The translations under genes were made by a program, and so were the position numbers. Shown piece by piece: positions 29,301 to 38,380 of a stretch of 64,000 nucleotides of DNA. Below the pieces are notes generated by a model. The model had not been told where the DNA came from and made no database searches. It worked only from the letters and a program-made list of their open reading frames with translations. Positions within the stretch are counted from its first letter, which is position 1. Every line of letters starts with the position of its first letter. The DNA comes from a virus (lineage: Duplodnaviria > Caudoviricetes): IMG/VR virus record IMGVR_UViG_3300031519_000015, positions 1-64,000 of that record; one strand, written 5' to 3'.

Positions 29301-30578
29301 GGTAGTTTGGAAATAACGTATATAGACTTAAATTATCTTTTTGATGATGCGAGTGGTAAGTACAAAAGTCCAGTACCTTCTTTTAAATATGATACTGACA
29401 TTGTTTATGCTTTAATTACTTTGCCTAGCAGAATACAATCTACTGTTACTAGCCGATACAGAACATGTCAAGAGCATAGCAAGGGCGACTTGTACCATCA
29501 GCTATTAGCAGATGTCACCCCAATTTTCACCGCACCAGTGGGTGGTGCGGCTGGGAACATGAAAACACTAAAATGGGGCGTGAGTGAAAAAACATTTTCA
29601 GAAAATGGTTTTGATAAAGCTGTAGAAAAAACATATAGTAATTTAATGTTCTCTCATCCAAACAGAATAAGTGTTATGTCTGGATCACCCGTTGTTCCAG
29701 ATTTTATATCTATACCACTAATGTCTAGAGAAAGATGTTATGGTCCTTGGATGTCATCTTATGGAAAGGCGGTTGGGGGTAATGTAGAATTTGAGAAAGA
29801 TGAAAGTTTAGCACCTTGGAATTATGCGGGATTTAAATTCATGGATAGTACCGGAAAAATAAAAGCATCATTTGGTTCTTCTGCCCAATTTACTAGTGAG
29901 CGAGGAAGTTTTACACTTGCTTCTGGACCAACTGGAGGTCTAGTTTTAGGAAAATCACTAGCTAGTGCAGGCCCGTTAATTACTACAATTAATATGGACA
30001 TATCTAGCGCAGGTATTAGCACTGTGTACAAAATGGATTTATTCACATCTAGTTTTGGCAAAATGCAGAAACAAAAAGAAGGACATATTGCGAAAATGAG
30101 CAGAAATCAACAAAAGTTGACTGACGAAAAGAATTCTTTAGAAAGAAAAAACATGGGAAAACAATCTACAAGTGACACCATGATAGAAGTTAATAAGCGC
30201 ATGAGACAGCAAGCTAGAGACGCAGGAAGTGCTGCTGCCGCTTCTGCTGCTGCTCCATCGGCAGATTCTGCCCCTAATCAAATTGTAGTTTCTACAAACA
30301 GAAATCAAGAAGGTAGAGTTGGAATATCTTCTTCTATGTTAAGTAATGAGCAAATGGCTGCTGGTGGAGAAAACATGGCATCTAGTGCTGAAAACTCATC
30401 TAGACAGTATTATAATTCAGTAGCGGTTAGTACTGAGGACTTACAAGTTCCAGCCTCTATGGAACCTTCACATCCAAATATGTCTTCAAGACCAGTTGTT
30501 AATGTAAAAGGAAATGCTAAGTATTACGAAAAATCAGACGGATATACTATAGCGCAGATTACTTATTGGAGAACATAA
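26319..30578 (+). CDS. Large hypothetical tail/baseplate protein (1419 aa)
   Basis: Long ORF abutting both neighbours. N-terminal 'FLGASVRSFSANGGFGDTSSTLSVDL' hub-like strand pattern and a C-terminal coiled coil. Confidence 0.55.
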   Translation: MSSLSQATNNFQEFAAYPTMNIEQQTFLGASVRSFSANGGFGDTSSTLSVDLIVDEYNSGDGPALGMGKGQDVYHNGKYDEFKPPPAGSPVFFTMGSTRQTVQDVFKRAYDQYYSNPLLTPTVQPTSPFYNHFSFGGILQTYVQTRGPGGNPFFSAQIVDPREILSNVQVILNNYGGSTFRKDNILNVYGFLECNTSKTKAQRKNPKAISILNQDFTEIKFDKNHTNYKGVDALGFLYQIQNLGSKASFDNILKFRFNKINSMTQTHLGTEGRPIEVFTGTGFSRRSERGIPYYRVVHAINSLFGHYGELEPEHDRAGFFNSVNFRGVKYAIDLSDLPVLAPFHYLEYDQINLLDLIMEICDTLNHDVFVTLLPIVNHKGCRKQFDLKDDPNHKYEAVIKVIAIDRSTPFNLSAIKTYIDNLNVDEMKSNDVGYELANNVTDKIVVGANEVENFYFRSDLDKVYKDDSAAAWHPDVNLSWSVLPYYGTLANKGVTIPVGRGAYQQILLDTTSLFAYGVGNFYVATELELRAALMSFESWRDFLLMYDNIYMEPVSGGDIKGFAEGDGEYKVTVPRCAIPPIKAEEDFDGNGDPQNSCHPPYGYPLYWKRAGAIGMPQAGLISSASFNKRIVEITSELKNASRDGKGSTNLHDAAIQQLGEIDRSRLTTAEKAFYDELHVAIKNGQYTAFIDESRLQAMSIVSASKQQTKANMENVMRVYNFVRSVASECLGKKFLVALPQKCNDNWHPSKTPFGFPTRQLSENPNSLTVFGVEEEIPEGVEVGVGEDGKIHYGALKVNKNVIANKYEFNYTPEPLGGYPSDVLWDGLEDAGLFPEDATAIFGENGRVKPYVIFDHSEELDFSKVNKEDYIQQRNGLDPDEKLIKKVDYAHTFENSSSASSDINGTSILNAPSSDGLSKGTNKEPTRAFMTCSIDAKLYMPPKFIKGNKPYYGQKKSTSIKRKPMTFVDTDADPPKETSVKPADEIHYSPNSSTAGSLEITYIDLNYLFDDASGKYKSPVPSFKYDTDIVYALITLPSRIQSTVTSRYRTCQEHSKGDLYHQLLADVTPIFTAPVGGAAGNMKTLKWGVSEKTFSENGFDKAVEKTYSNLMFSHPNRISVMSGSPVVPDFISIPLMSRERCYGPWMSSYGKAVGGNVEFEKDESLAPWNYAGFKFMDSTGKIKASFGSSAQFTSERGSFTLASGPTGGLVLGKSLASAGPLITTINMDISSAGISTVYKMDLFTSSFGKMQKQKEGHIAKMSRNQQKLTDEKNSLERKNMGKQSTSDTMIEVNKRMRQQARDAGSAAAASAAAPSADSAPNQIVVSTNRNQEGRVGISSSMLSNEQMAAGGENMASSAENSSRQYYNSVAVSTEDLQVPASMEPSHPNMSSRPVVNVKGNAKYYEKSDGYTIAQITYWRT

Positions 30579-32776
30579 TGAATTCTGGAAATTTGCATAC
30601 AAAAAGTGTTGAAAATCATGTATTTATAATACACGATGAAAAACTTATTAATAGAGGTGTAAGTTCTTTTTCGTTAAAAGGATTTAAGGAATTTAAAAAA
30701 ACTCAGTTTTGCAAAGATCTTGCAAGTATGGATTACGCTATAGATGCTGACCACCCCGTTGGATTTGCCAACCAAGCAGGAACTGGAAAATATAAAAAGT
30801 TTGTAGAGGGTAGTGGATATGAAGAAGAGGTAGTGGATATAAATGCATTGGTAGGATGGCTTGAAGAATATGAAAATAGTCAGACATCAGAAAATATAGA
30901 TAAAAGTCACGCACAAACCGATGATGCAGCGAATAAATTACAAGAAATTATTGAGTCGTTAGATTCTGAAGTTATTTTTGGAACTGTTTCTTTTCATATA
31001 TATGATATTGGGACTAGGAGAAACGATAGAACTCTTTCTAGTAGAAGCGCCCCTATGATTACTGATACGCCTCGCAGAAAAACTGGAGGTCGTTATCATT
31101 ACGGCGCTACCAAACGTGAGCAAAAGAAAAACGCAAAACCAAAATTAGGGACGTATATAGATGTAATTTCTGTTGATATGGCTGACACGGAAAGCACAGT
31201 TACGGCTCCTTTAAAAATATCTTATAATGAAGCTTTGGGTTGTTATGATGCATCCAATCAATTATTAGCAAGACTTATTACTGATTTAAACCCAGCAGAC
31301 ATATCAGCTGTAAATTTTTCAGTCGATGATCTTTTAGGTACATATAAAGACGATAGAGATTTTTATACTCCCTCATCTGATAAATATATGGGTCAATTTG
31401 CTACTGGTCTAGCTTTGCCCCTAAGTGTTAAAGATGGTAATCCAAACGCATTTGGACCTAATTTGATTAAGGATCAAGAGGGAGAATATCTTCGCGTAGA
31501 AGCTATTCGTATTGTAAATAGATCTGACATTTCGTTCGATAAAGGTCAAGTTATATTATGCACTATGCTTGACGGTGAATGGATCGCTCAACAATTTGCT
31601 GGTAAAATGGAGATACCCCCAGACAGGGCCAGTTTTGGCGGGTGGGGATTTTCTATGTTTGCTGCGAATAGTCAACAATACTTTATTGACCAAGATAATA
31701 ACGAACTAGTTACTCCAGCTCAGGTGTTATCTAAACTTAAAGCTAGATTTTTTCATTCAGCTAAAAATATAGCAGGTGTAAGTCAAAAAATGTGTAACGA
31801 TAATGGAGCATTTAATGCTAACATTACACTGTCTACTTATGCTCAATTTACTAGCATGGATTTATCTTCAGGCTCAACAGGACATTCAGGCGCAGACTAC
31901 TTACATAGAGTTAATGTTGATCAAGATGAAGAAGGAAATGTTTTTGGAGATAATACGGAGATGGGGCTTTGGTGGGGACCAAGCTTTCCTGACGGTTATA
32001 ATGATGGATCAATGCAAACACCAGCAGATATCGGCATTCTTGGTGATTATCCCAGCAGTTCTCAATCTGATCAATTTCCAATAGAGGATGCTATTTCAAT
32101 AGTAACGGCTTGTAATTCAAAAGATAATATGGCGAAAAAAATTAATGATATTAGTGTTGGAAGATTATATAGAAACGGAACAGGGCGTAGCTTTTGGGCA
32201 AAAGAAGGCGGTGTTGATGGAAATTTTGTTGGGAAGATACAATGGCCCATTATCACTGATTCAGTTCCCACCACCTCTGACGATAATACCACTAGCAGCT
32301 CCAGCAGCAGCAGTAGCAGCAGTAGCAGCTCCAGCACTAGCACTAGCAGCAGTAGTAGTAGTAGTAGTACATCTCTATCGCCAGAAGGTCCAGCAGTACC
32401 GACAACCACACCATCTCCAGATATTCTTTCAACGCCAGAACCAGCAACGACAACACCAACACCGGGAACAACAACAACTCCTCGACCAATTATTATAATT
32501 GACCACGAGACTTATGTAAATGATCCTACAACTACTCAGACAACAGGCACAACAGGTACAACAACAACAATTCCACTAATAACCACGAGGTCTCCAATAA
32601 CGGGTAATGACAGTGATGACATAAATAAAACACACAAAGAAACCGGCTACATAACTTCCAAACCGCCGGATGTTCAAGACAATAACAAGGCGGACACCAT
32701 AGAGAAGATGGATGAAAACGATCCAGAACCCGACGAAAGAGGATTAATGATACCAGAAGATCCAACTGAAGATTAA
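30578..32776 (+). CDS. Hypothetical virion protein with C-terminal Ser/Thr/Pro mucin-like tail (about 732 aa)
   Basis: ATG at 30578 overlaps the upstream TAA (TAATG) with GGAG upstream. The C-terminus has a poly-Ser run and PTTT repeats. Confidence 0.65.
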   Translation: MNSGNLHTKSVENHVFIIHDEKLINRGVSSFSLKGFKEFKKTQFCKDLASMDYAIDADHPVGFANQAGTGKYKKFVEGSGYEEEVVDINALVGWLEEYENSQTSENIDKSHAQTDDAANKLQEIIESLDSEVIFGTVSFHIYDIGTRRNDRTLSSRSAPMITDTPRRKTGGRYHYGATKREQKKNAKPKLGTYIDVISVDMADTESTVTAPLKISYNEALGCYDASNQLLARLITDLNPADISAVNFSVDDLLGTYKDDRDFYTPSSDKYMGQFATGLALPLSVKDGNPNAFGPNLIKDQEGEYLRVEAIRIVNRSDISFDKGQVILCTMLDGEWIAQQFAGKMEIPPDRASFGGWGFSMFAANSQQYFIDQDNNELVTPAQVLSKLKARFFHSAKNIAGVSQKMCNDNGAFNANITLSTYAQFTSMDLSSGSTGHSGADYLHRVNVDQDEEGNVFGDNTEMGLWWGPSFPDGYNDGSMQTPADIGILGDYPSSSQSDQFPIEDAISIVTACNSKDNMAKKINDISVGRLYRNGTGRSFWAKEGGVDGNFVGKIQWPIITDSVPTTSDDNTTSSSSSSSSSSSSSSTSTSSSSSSSSTSLSPEGPAVPTTTPSPDILSTPEPATTTPTPGTTTTPRPIIIIDHETYVNDPTTTQTTGTTGTTTTIPLITTRSPITGNDSDDINKTHKETGYITSKPPDVQDNNKADTIEKMDENDPEPDERGLMIPEDPTED
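32288..32374 (+). repeat. AGC/AGT/ACT low-complexity trinucleotide tract encoding TTSSSS...STS
   Basis: The run agcagctccagcagcagcagtagcagc...agtagtagtagt is directly visible and in frame within the 30578-32776 ORF. Confidence 0.95.
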
Positions 32777-32814
32777 TAAAAACCTATAGATATTAAATTT
32801 TAAAAGGATAAGAC

Positions 32815-34392
32815 ATGAGTTTTCCAACATACGCTAACGGCGATATTATTTATGAAGGTATGGCTACTAGTGCTAAAGTCCCAGCTGATAGGAGTAGATT
32901 GAGTTTTGTTCCATGTCCAATAGAATGGTATGCTGGATTTGACACTAATGCTATAAGAGCTAATTTGACTGAGGGATTTCTTACTTGGGGGAAATCTAGA
33001 GCTTTTAGAGAACATGCTGGAAACTTGGCAGTAGCCCCGCCAAGTTTATTCGGTCAGGATACAGATATAGACTATAATGGTAAATTTTTTGCAAGAAATT
33101 CTAATGTCGTTAATTCTGCTGGAGCGCCTATAGCTGGAAGTGTATATAAAAACCCAACATCAATAACTGGTTTAAAATATGATTTGTTTATTAGAACGAA
33201 ACCAAAGCAAGTTGGACCAATGGGTGTGTTGCCTTGCTTTAGAAGCACGGGAGGAGTACAGGAGGGATCTAATTGTGTCGGAATTATTTCTGCTAGACAA
33301 AGAGTTTATAAATCCGGCGGTGGAACTTTATCAATAGCAATTCAGTCTGTGTTCGGGGTTATGGGTTTTCAAATTAACGTTGGGACAAATAGGACAATGA
33401 GTGCGGGGGGAATTGGTTCGGCAGCTGGTGGACTGAATTTTACAACGAACACCTTCGTGCAACCTAAAACCATATATGATCCTTATTGGGGTAATGCAAG
33501 CACGAGAATTGACGCTTTGGGAACCACATCTCTAAGAGTACAGGCTTGGGATGCTTGGCCTCAAGCCTTAACCGTGTTTATACCACAGTATTACGTGCCA
33601 CTTCATTTTAATCCGGGTGTACTGGGAAGTAAGTCAAATGTAGAGGTCTTTAGTTGTGACATGCCAACACCTAGCAAAAAAGAGAGTCCCGAAGGCGAAG
33701 CCACACCTCAAGCAGTAGGTTTTGTTGTGACTGATCAAACAACTGACTTGGAACTAATAGACTCTAGACAATGGGATATAGATACTAGTAGGCGAGGTAT
33801 GCTTGTTACTGGTGGATTAAAATATACTGAAAGAACTGTAGGTTTTAATAAAACAGAAGCTGAAGTAAGAGTTGCAGGAAAAGGTTATTCTACAGGAGAC
33901 ATATTAGAAAATAGATCACAGAAAGTACAAATCGTTGTCACTTCTATAACTGACGGTGGGGTTAGTGGTTGGGACTTTTACAAAGACGCGCAAGATAATG
34001 ATTTAAGTGGTTCAGGTTTAAGCCGTGCTACTTTTGAAAACGGTGGACCAACGTTATCCTTTCCAAAATCTGGAGCCTCGCAGACATGCTTAATTAAGTT
34101 TAAGCAAGGGGTTGTAAAGGAAGATATTAAAGTTGAAGGTCCACAACTACATATTCCCGGTCAGTTACTAACACCTCCAGCTCGTGGTGATCATGGTACG
34201 CTGGGAGCAGCCCCACTAAGTATAACTAGCAAAAGCGTTACTTTACCTAATAATCCAGACGCTCCAGAACCCGGAGCTTTTGATCTGTTTTATCATTTTC
34301 AGAGTGATCCAGCGGCAAACCCTAGAAATTATGGGTTATCTGGTGTCAGTAACGGCGAAGATATTAAGCACGTAACTATCACTGTATCATAA
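32815..34392 (+). CDS. Hypothetical virion protein (525 aa)
   Basis: RBS AAGGA, Gly/Thr-rich beta-type sequence. Contains 'VAGKGYSTGDIL', resembling tail-fibre beta modules. Confidence 0.55.
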   Translation: MSFPTYANGDIIYEGMATSAKVPADRSRLSFVPCPIEWYAGFDTNAIRANLTEGFLTWGKSRAFREHAGNLAVAPPSLFGQDTDIDYNGKFFARNSNVVNSAGAPIAGSVYKNPTSITGLKYDLFIRTKPKQVGPMGVLPCFRSTGGVQEGSNCVGIISARQRVYKSGGGTLSIAIQSVFGVMGFQINVGTNRTMSAGGIGSAAGGLNFTTNTFVQPKTIYDPYWGNASTRIDALGTTSLRVQAWDAWPQALTVFIPQYYVPLHFNPGVLGSKSNVEVFSCDMPTPSKKESPEGEATPQAVGFVVTDQTTDLELIDSRQWDIDTSRRGMLVTGGLKYTERTVGFNKTEAEVRVAGKGYSTGDILENRSQKVQIVVTSITDGGVSGWDFYKDAQDNDLSGSGLSRATFENGGPTLSFPKSGASQTCLIKFKQGVVKEDIKVEGPQLHIPGQLLTPPARGDHGTLGAAPLSITSKSVTLPNNPDAPEPGAFDLFYHFQSDPAANPRNYGLSGVSNGEDIKHVTITVS

Positions 34393-34440
34393 ATTTGGTG
34401 TATATATAGTAGACAACCCTCGAAAATAGGAGATATTTCA

Positions 34441-35202
34441 ATGGCTCAGATACTATTTCTTGCAAATTTATCATCTGCAACCGAACAAGCTAAAACCATT
34501 AATCACACAGCTGGTAGTGGTATTGGCTTTTATGGTAGCGACTTTGCAGTTTCTATACCTATTGGAACGCAAAATCAAAAGACTTTTGTTACTGACGCAA
34601 ACGGCGTAAATCAAGGTGTAGCTTTAAATAATACTAGTTACGCCAACGACTCAGATAATAGAGGTCGTAACCCCGGTCAAGCATCAATTTCTGATGGTGG
34701 TATAGTTGAACTTAATCAGGTTGCTAACAAAGATACTCCTTTAAATATTAGATTTAAACATGACTCTGCTGTCAAATGCCAAAATCCAAAATTAAGAGTA
34801 TTTGATAGAAATAATATTAATAATCATGCTTCGGGCGTTGTTACTTATGCTTATGAGGTCAGACATCCAGCTTTGGAAAACACTTCTGATGGAGCGCTGG
34901 CACATAGAAGTACAGATTTTTCAGATCATAAATGGTTTGTTTTTGAAAAAGGTGTCCGCATGTTAGACTCTGATACGGGAAATAATGTCGTAGAAGACAT
35001 GCCTTTAACACAGTCTCCGGGTCTTAGCGGCCTTAACACTTCTATTGGAGACAATAAATTAAACGGAGTTGCCCAAGCCACAACTCTGGGAGCGTCACAT
35101 AATTCTCTTCAGCACGATTGGTATCTTGCTCTTAGTTCTGAGCCAACTGAAATTGGGGCTAAGACGCAGTACGGATTATACTTTAGCGTAGAGTATTTAT
35201 AA
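34441..35202 (+). CDS. Hypothetical virion protein (253 aa), last gene of the + block
   Basis: RBS AGGAG, beta-rich, ends at the convergent terminator. Confidence 0.6.
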   Translation: MAQILFLANLSSATEQAKTINHTAGSGIGFYGSDFAVSIPIGTQNQKTFVTDANGVNQGVALNNTSYANDSDNRGRNPGQASISDGGIVELNQVANKDTPLNIRFKHDSAVKCQNPKLRVFDRNNINNHASGVVTYAYEVRHPALENTSDGALAHRSTDFSDHKWFVFEKGVRMLDSDTGNNVVEDMPLTQSPGLSGLNTSIGDNKLNGVAQATTLGASHNSLQHDWYLALSSEPTEIGAKTQYGLYFSVEYL

Positions 35203-35232
35203 AAAAAGAGGGGCGATTTCTCGCCCCCCTCT
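35201..35232 (-). terminator. Rho-independent terminator ending the - strand operon (possibly bidirectional)
   Basis: The - strand reads GGGGCGA-GAAA-TCGCCCC then tc and T7: a GC stem, GNRA loop and U-tract. It lies between two convergent stop codons (35202 and 35266). Confidence 0.85.
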
Positions 35233-35265
35233 AGCTGAAAGAATAATAGAGTTTCCTATATCTTA

Positions 35266-35598
35266 TTATTCTACAGTCTTAGTCTTTGGATTCCACTTTT
35301 GCCACCCATTGTCTGGTAGCCATGTGTCTCCATCTTTACGCTTAGGGAAGAGTCCTCCACCCTTCTTCATAGAACCAAACGCTAATTTAGCTCCGCAGTC
35401 TACGCAGCGAAGTTCAAAGTATTCGTTCTCGTCTACAGTTCTGACAACAAATTTTATATTTTCAGAACCACACTTTCCACATTTGCCCTCTTCAAATACT
35501 TCTTGAAACTTTGCAATCTGTGCAAAAAGTTCCCTATGCGTATCTGCTTCAAACTCTGCTGTAATTCTTTGATTGGCTGTTGTATATTTTAATTTCAT
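35266..35598 (-). CDS. Zinc-ribbon protein (110 aa)
   Basis: CGKC...CVDC Cys pairs. Abuts the upstream gene. Confidence 0.7.
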   Translation of the reverse strand: MKLKYTTANQRITAEFEADTHRELFAQIAKFQEVFEEGKCGKCGSENIKFVVRTVDENEYFELRCVDCGAKLAFGSMKKGGGLFPKRKDGDTWLPDNGWQKWNPKTKTVE

Positions 35599-36363
35599 TT
35601 AATTTCTCCACTCTTCGTTATAGCCTATAATTTCTTCTGGAATAGAACTCTTGTCCCGCTGATAGTCATTGAGAACATCAATAACGTCACTAGCTACTTT
35701 CTTAGATACTTTCTTTCTTTGATCTACATTAAATATATCCTTAAACAACTTAGCACCATTGATCTTTAGTTGCTTACACTTAATGTCAATAAAATTAAGC
35801 TGTGCATCACTCATTCTGCCTTGATCATTGTAGTCTCCTGAGCTGCTTGACTGCTGCTTAGAAATATCTCTAACAATCTTAGCTGTGTCTTTCTTTGTCA
35901 ATTCTTCTGCTGCAACACCCCTGATCTTTAATACCTTCCTCAAGGCTCTAGCTTCAGCACGGGTGCTTGCAATAGCTACAGCAAAAGCGCAAAAAGTGTC
36001 ATCAGTATTACCTTCCCAAGAGTCAGCAACCTCCGCACACTTGATTCCATTTGCAAACTCTACTGTAAATACTACTGTGGCTCTACCATGATGATCATCT
36101 CTATCTGTTGGTTTTACCCACGTTGGACCACTAAATGACATAGGACCAAGAACTAGCTCACAAACTCTACGTAAGCCAGCAACTAACGGGTGTCCATTAA
36201 CTAGTTCGTTCTCTTCAAATAGTGTCATAGCATAATCATGCCACTCTGGAGACAACATAGAGGGTATATCCTCATTAACCACATTTTTAACTGATGTGTC
36301 AGTATTTGAAGGCGTTTGCAATTCTTCTACTCCTGCGAAAAGGTTTTCTTCAGTATCAAACAT
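35599..36363 (-). CDS. Putative single-strand annealing protein (Rad52/Sak-like fold)
   Basis: ATVVFTVEF strand followed by the helix 'IASTRAEARALRKVL.I.GVAAEEL', and a C-terminal 'MSDAQLNFI' module as seen in phage SSAPs. Confidence 0.5.
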   Translation of the reverse strand: MFDTEENLFAGVEELQTPSNTDTSVKNVVNEDIPSMLSPEWHDYAMTLFEENELVNGHPLVAGLRRVCELVLGPMSFSGPTWVKPTDRDDHHGRATVVFTVEFANGIKCAEVADSWEGNTDDTFCAFAVAIASTRAEARALRKVLKIRGVAAEELTKKDTAKIVRDISKQQSSSSGDYNDQGRMSDAQLNFIDIKCKQLKINGAKLFKDIFNVDQRKKVSKKVASDVIDVLNDYQRDKSSIPEEIIGYNEEWRN

Positions 36364-36373
36364 ATTGTTCCTT

Positions 36374-37141
36374 TCATGCTTCTATTTCAATGTAACGCTT
36401 TGACTTGGTAGGAAATTTAGACTCAATTGACTTTAGCATAGTTACTAAATTATTTTTAAGACTTTCTCTGCTACTAAGACATAAAGCGTCTGCAAGATTC
36501 TTTACTCTTATTATAATAAAACCCTTACTCAAAATCAAGCCCGTTTTATGAGCGTCTGCTTTTATTTGTTTTTGCAGTTTCTCTTCTCCCCATATGGGCA
36601 TAAAATGAGAGGGACCATCTATTTCTATTATAGTCTTCATCTCTGGAAAGTACATATCAATTTCTAAATTCTCATTTGGAATTAGGTTCTTTTTATGTGT
36701 TTCTATTGTATATCCTTCTCTAGATATTTCTTCTCTTAAAAACTTTTCAAGCTTAGAACCCTCTTTCCCCGCCGTTCTGATAGCTTTCATAGCTGCTTGA
36801 GACATGTTCTTTTTTTCCTGCTCAGGCATGTCGCTCCACCTTTTTTTAGCTCTTTTAACGTGTTCGTCATATGCTTCTTTGTCTATATTGTCCCAACGCT
36901 TCTTTAGGCTAGAACTAATTTTTAATCGCTCCTCTTTAGTCCTTGTCTTGCCTTGTGTTGGTAATTGAGATTTACCATTACTCAAAGCATTCTTTTGAGC
37001 TTGGCTTTTAGTTTTTAGCTGTATACCATGCTTAACAAGTATTCTACGTATCTTATTTGGATATGTATTATACATATTAGCTAGGTCATATGTGCTTTTA
37101 TTATTATCTATATATTGTTTTACTATTTCTTTTTCATTCAT
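36374..37141 (-). CDS. DUF559/Vsr-like endonuclease with N-terminal HTH and basic linker (homing-endonuclease-like)
   Basis: N-terminal 'STYDLANMYNTYPNKIRRIL' HTH, basic NUMOD-like linker, C-terminal 'EIDMYFP..KTIIEIDGPSH'. Confidence 0.7.
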   Translation of the reverse strand: MNEKEIVKQYIDNNKSTYDLANMYNTYPNKIRRILVKHGIQLKTKSQAQKNALSNGKSQLPTQGKTRTKEERLKISSSLKKRWDNIDKEAYDEHVKRAKKRWSDMPEQEKKNMSQAAMKAIRTAGKEGSKLEKFLREEISREGYTIETHKKNLIPNENLEIDMYFPEMKTIIEIDGPSHFMPIWGEEKLQKQIKADAHKTGLILSKGFIIIRVKNLADALCLSSRESLKNNLVTMLKSIESKFPTKSKRYIEIEA

Positions 37142-37589
37142 TGTTTGATTCCATTATAAAGTTAATAGTGTTCTTTAGTGTGGGAGAGTATCCTATTGAT
37201 TGTCTGCCAGTAACTCTATGAAAGTCTTCTGCCATTTCTTTAGAATAACATATTGTTTTAACATCGTTTTCCTCTAAAATCTTAAGTGTTGCTAGCAAAT
37301 TTTTGTCACCCCATCCGTAACCGAGGTACAAGTCAATGCCGTTAACTATATTTCTTACCTTTATTGCAGATTGTATAGAGAGTGTCAGTAAGTGTCCTTT
37401 AAAATTCCAAAGCTCAGAAGCATGAAATAAACCGCAAGGTAAATCGCACTCAATCGCAGATATCTGATCGTAAAATATACTTGCATCTACAATAAGTTTT
37501 TCGTCTAAACCCCTTTTAAGCTCATCACATACATTTTGTGCTAATTCTGGTGGCGCAAGACTGTTTATATATATACCAAAGTTTATCAT
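37134..37589 (-). CDS. Hypothetical protein (151 aa), end of glyco island
   Basis: Overlaps both neighbours, alpha/beta pattern, no recognisable active site. Confidence 0.55.
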   Translation of the reverse strand: MINFGIYINSLAPPELAQNVCDELKRGLDEKLIVDASIFYDQISAIECDLPCGLFHASELWNFKGHLLTLSIQSAIKVRNIVNGIDLYLGYGWGDKNLLATLKILEENDVKTICYSKEMAEDFHRVTGRQSIGYSPTLKNTINFIMESNNE

Positions 37590-38380
37590 TTAATTAACTC
37601 CTTATCTTCTCTGTCATTTAATTTTTCTGCGCCTATAAATAGATTTTTGTACTGAAGACATTCTGAAACATAAAAATAAAATCTTTCCATAGCGTGTTCT
37701 ACATTTCCGTCTTCTCTATAATAGCTTTCAAAAAATGTTTCATGTATGCACTGATGTGACAATTTTACCACTGGCCTTCTTGCCAAAAACATATTTCCAG
37801 CAGTAAAATACGGGTTCAAGTTGTCAGCATTAATGAAGCCAGTATCAGACAGGAGAATGTACTGCAACTCTCTAAACCAAGTGAGCGTATGTCTTGCTTG
37901 CATTATCTTTAGTCTACTAGAATAGTTTTTTGTTTTAGATAGATTTGTAAGATCTTCTTCGGCTATTAATCTATGATGATATCTTGAATCCCCTGACGAT
38001 ATCATTCCGTTATTATCGTTTAGTAAAGCTTTTTCAATGTCCTCATATTCTAGTATAGGATCTAATATTTGGTCCAACCAATCTATTCTTTTTATAGTTT
38101 TATCATGACAATACAAAATCCAAGGCGTGTCTAATTGGTTTTTTTTAAAACTTGTATAAAATCCATACTGATCATTACCCTTGTTTTTAATTGTGACAAT
38201 ATTTACTGTTTTAAATTTAGTTTTAGCGTGTGATTCAATTTCATCGTTATACTCACCATTTTCATTAAAAGAAATATATAATTGTCCGTTAAAATTATTC
38301 GCTATTTTATCTAGAAGATATATTGAGGGGTCTTTGTAAAATAGATGCATATGCACCGAAACTAGTTCTTTATCTAACAT
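37586..38380 (-). CDS. Rhamnan synthesis RgpF-like glycosyltransferase-related protein
   Basis: Motifs 'VHMHLFY', 'NKGNDQYGF', 'LYCHDK', 'AGNMFLAR', 'HAMERFY'. Confidence 0.65.
   Translation of the reverse strand: MLDKELVSVHMHLFYKDPSIYLLDKIANNFNGQLYISFNENGEYNDEIESHAKTKFKTVNIVTIKNKGNDQYGFYTSFKKNQLDTPWILYCHDKTIKRIDWLDQILDPILEYEDIEKALLNDNNGMISSGDSRYHHRLIAEEDLTNLSKTKNYSSRLKIMQARHTLTWFRELQYILLSDTGFINADNLNPYFTAGNMFLARRPVVKLSHQCIHETFFESYYREDGNVEHAMERFYFYVSECLQYKNLFIGAEKLNDREDKELIK

Noticed and set aside
32288-32374. CRISPR-like or VNTR array
   Set aside because: It is an in-frame trinucleotide low-complexity tract with no repeat-spacer structure. No CRISPR array was seen anywhere in the window.
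32071-32409. Antisense poly-Leu ORF (apparent signal or TM peptide)
   Set aside because: It is a shadow of the AGC/AGT Ser tract on the opposite strand.
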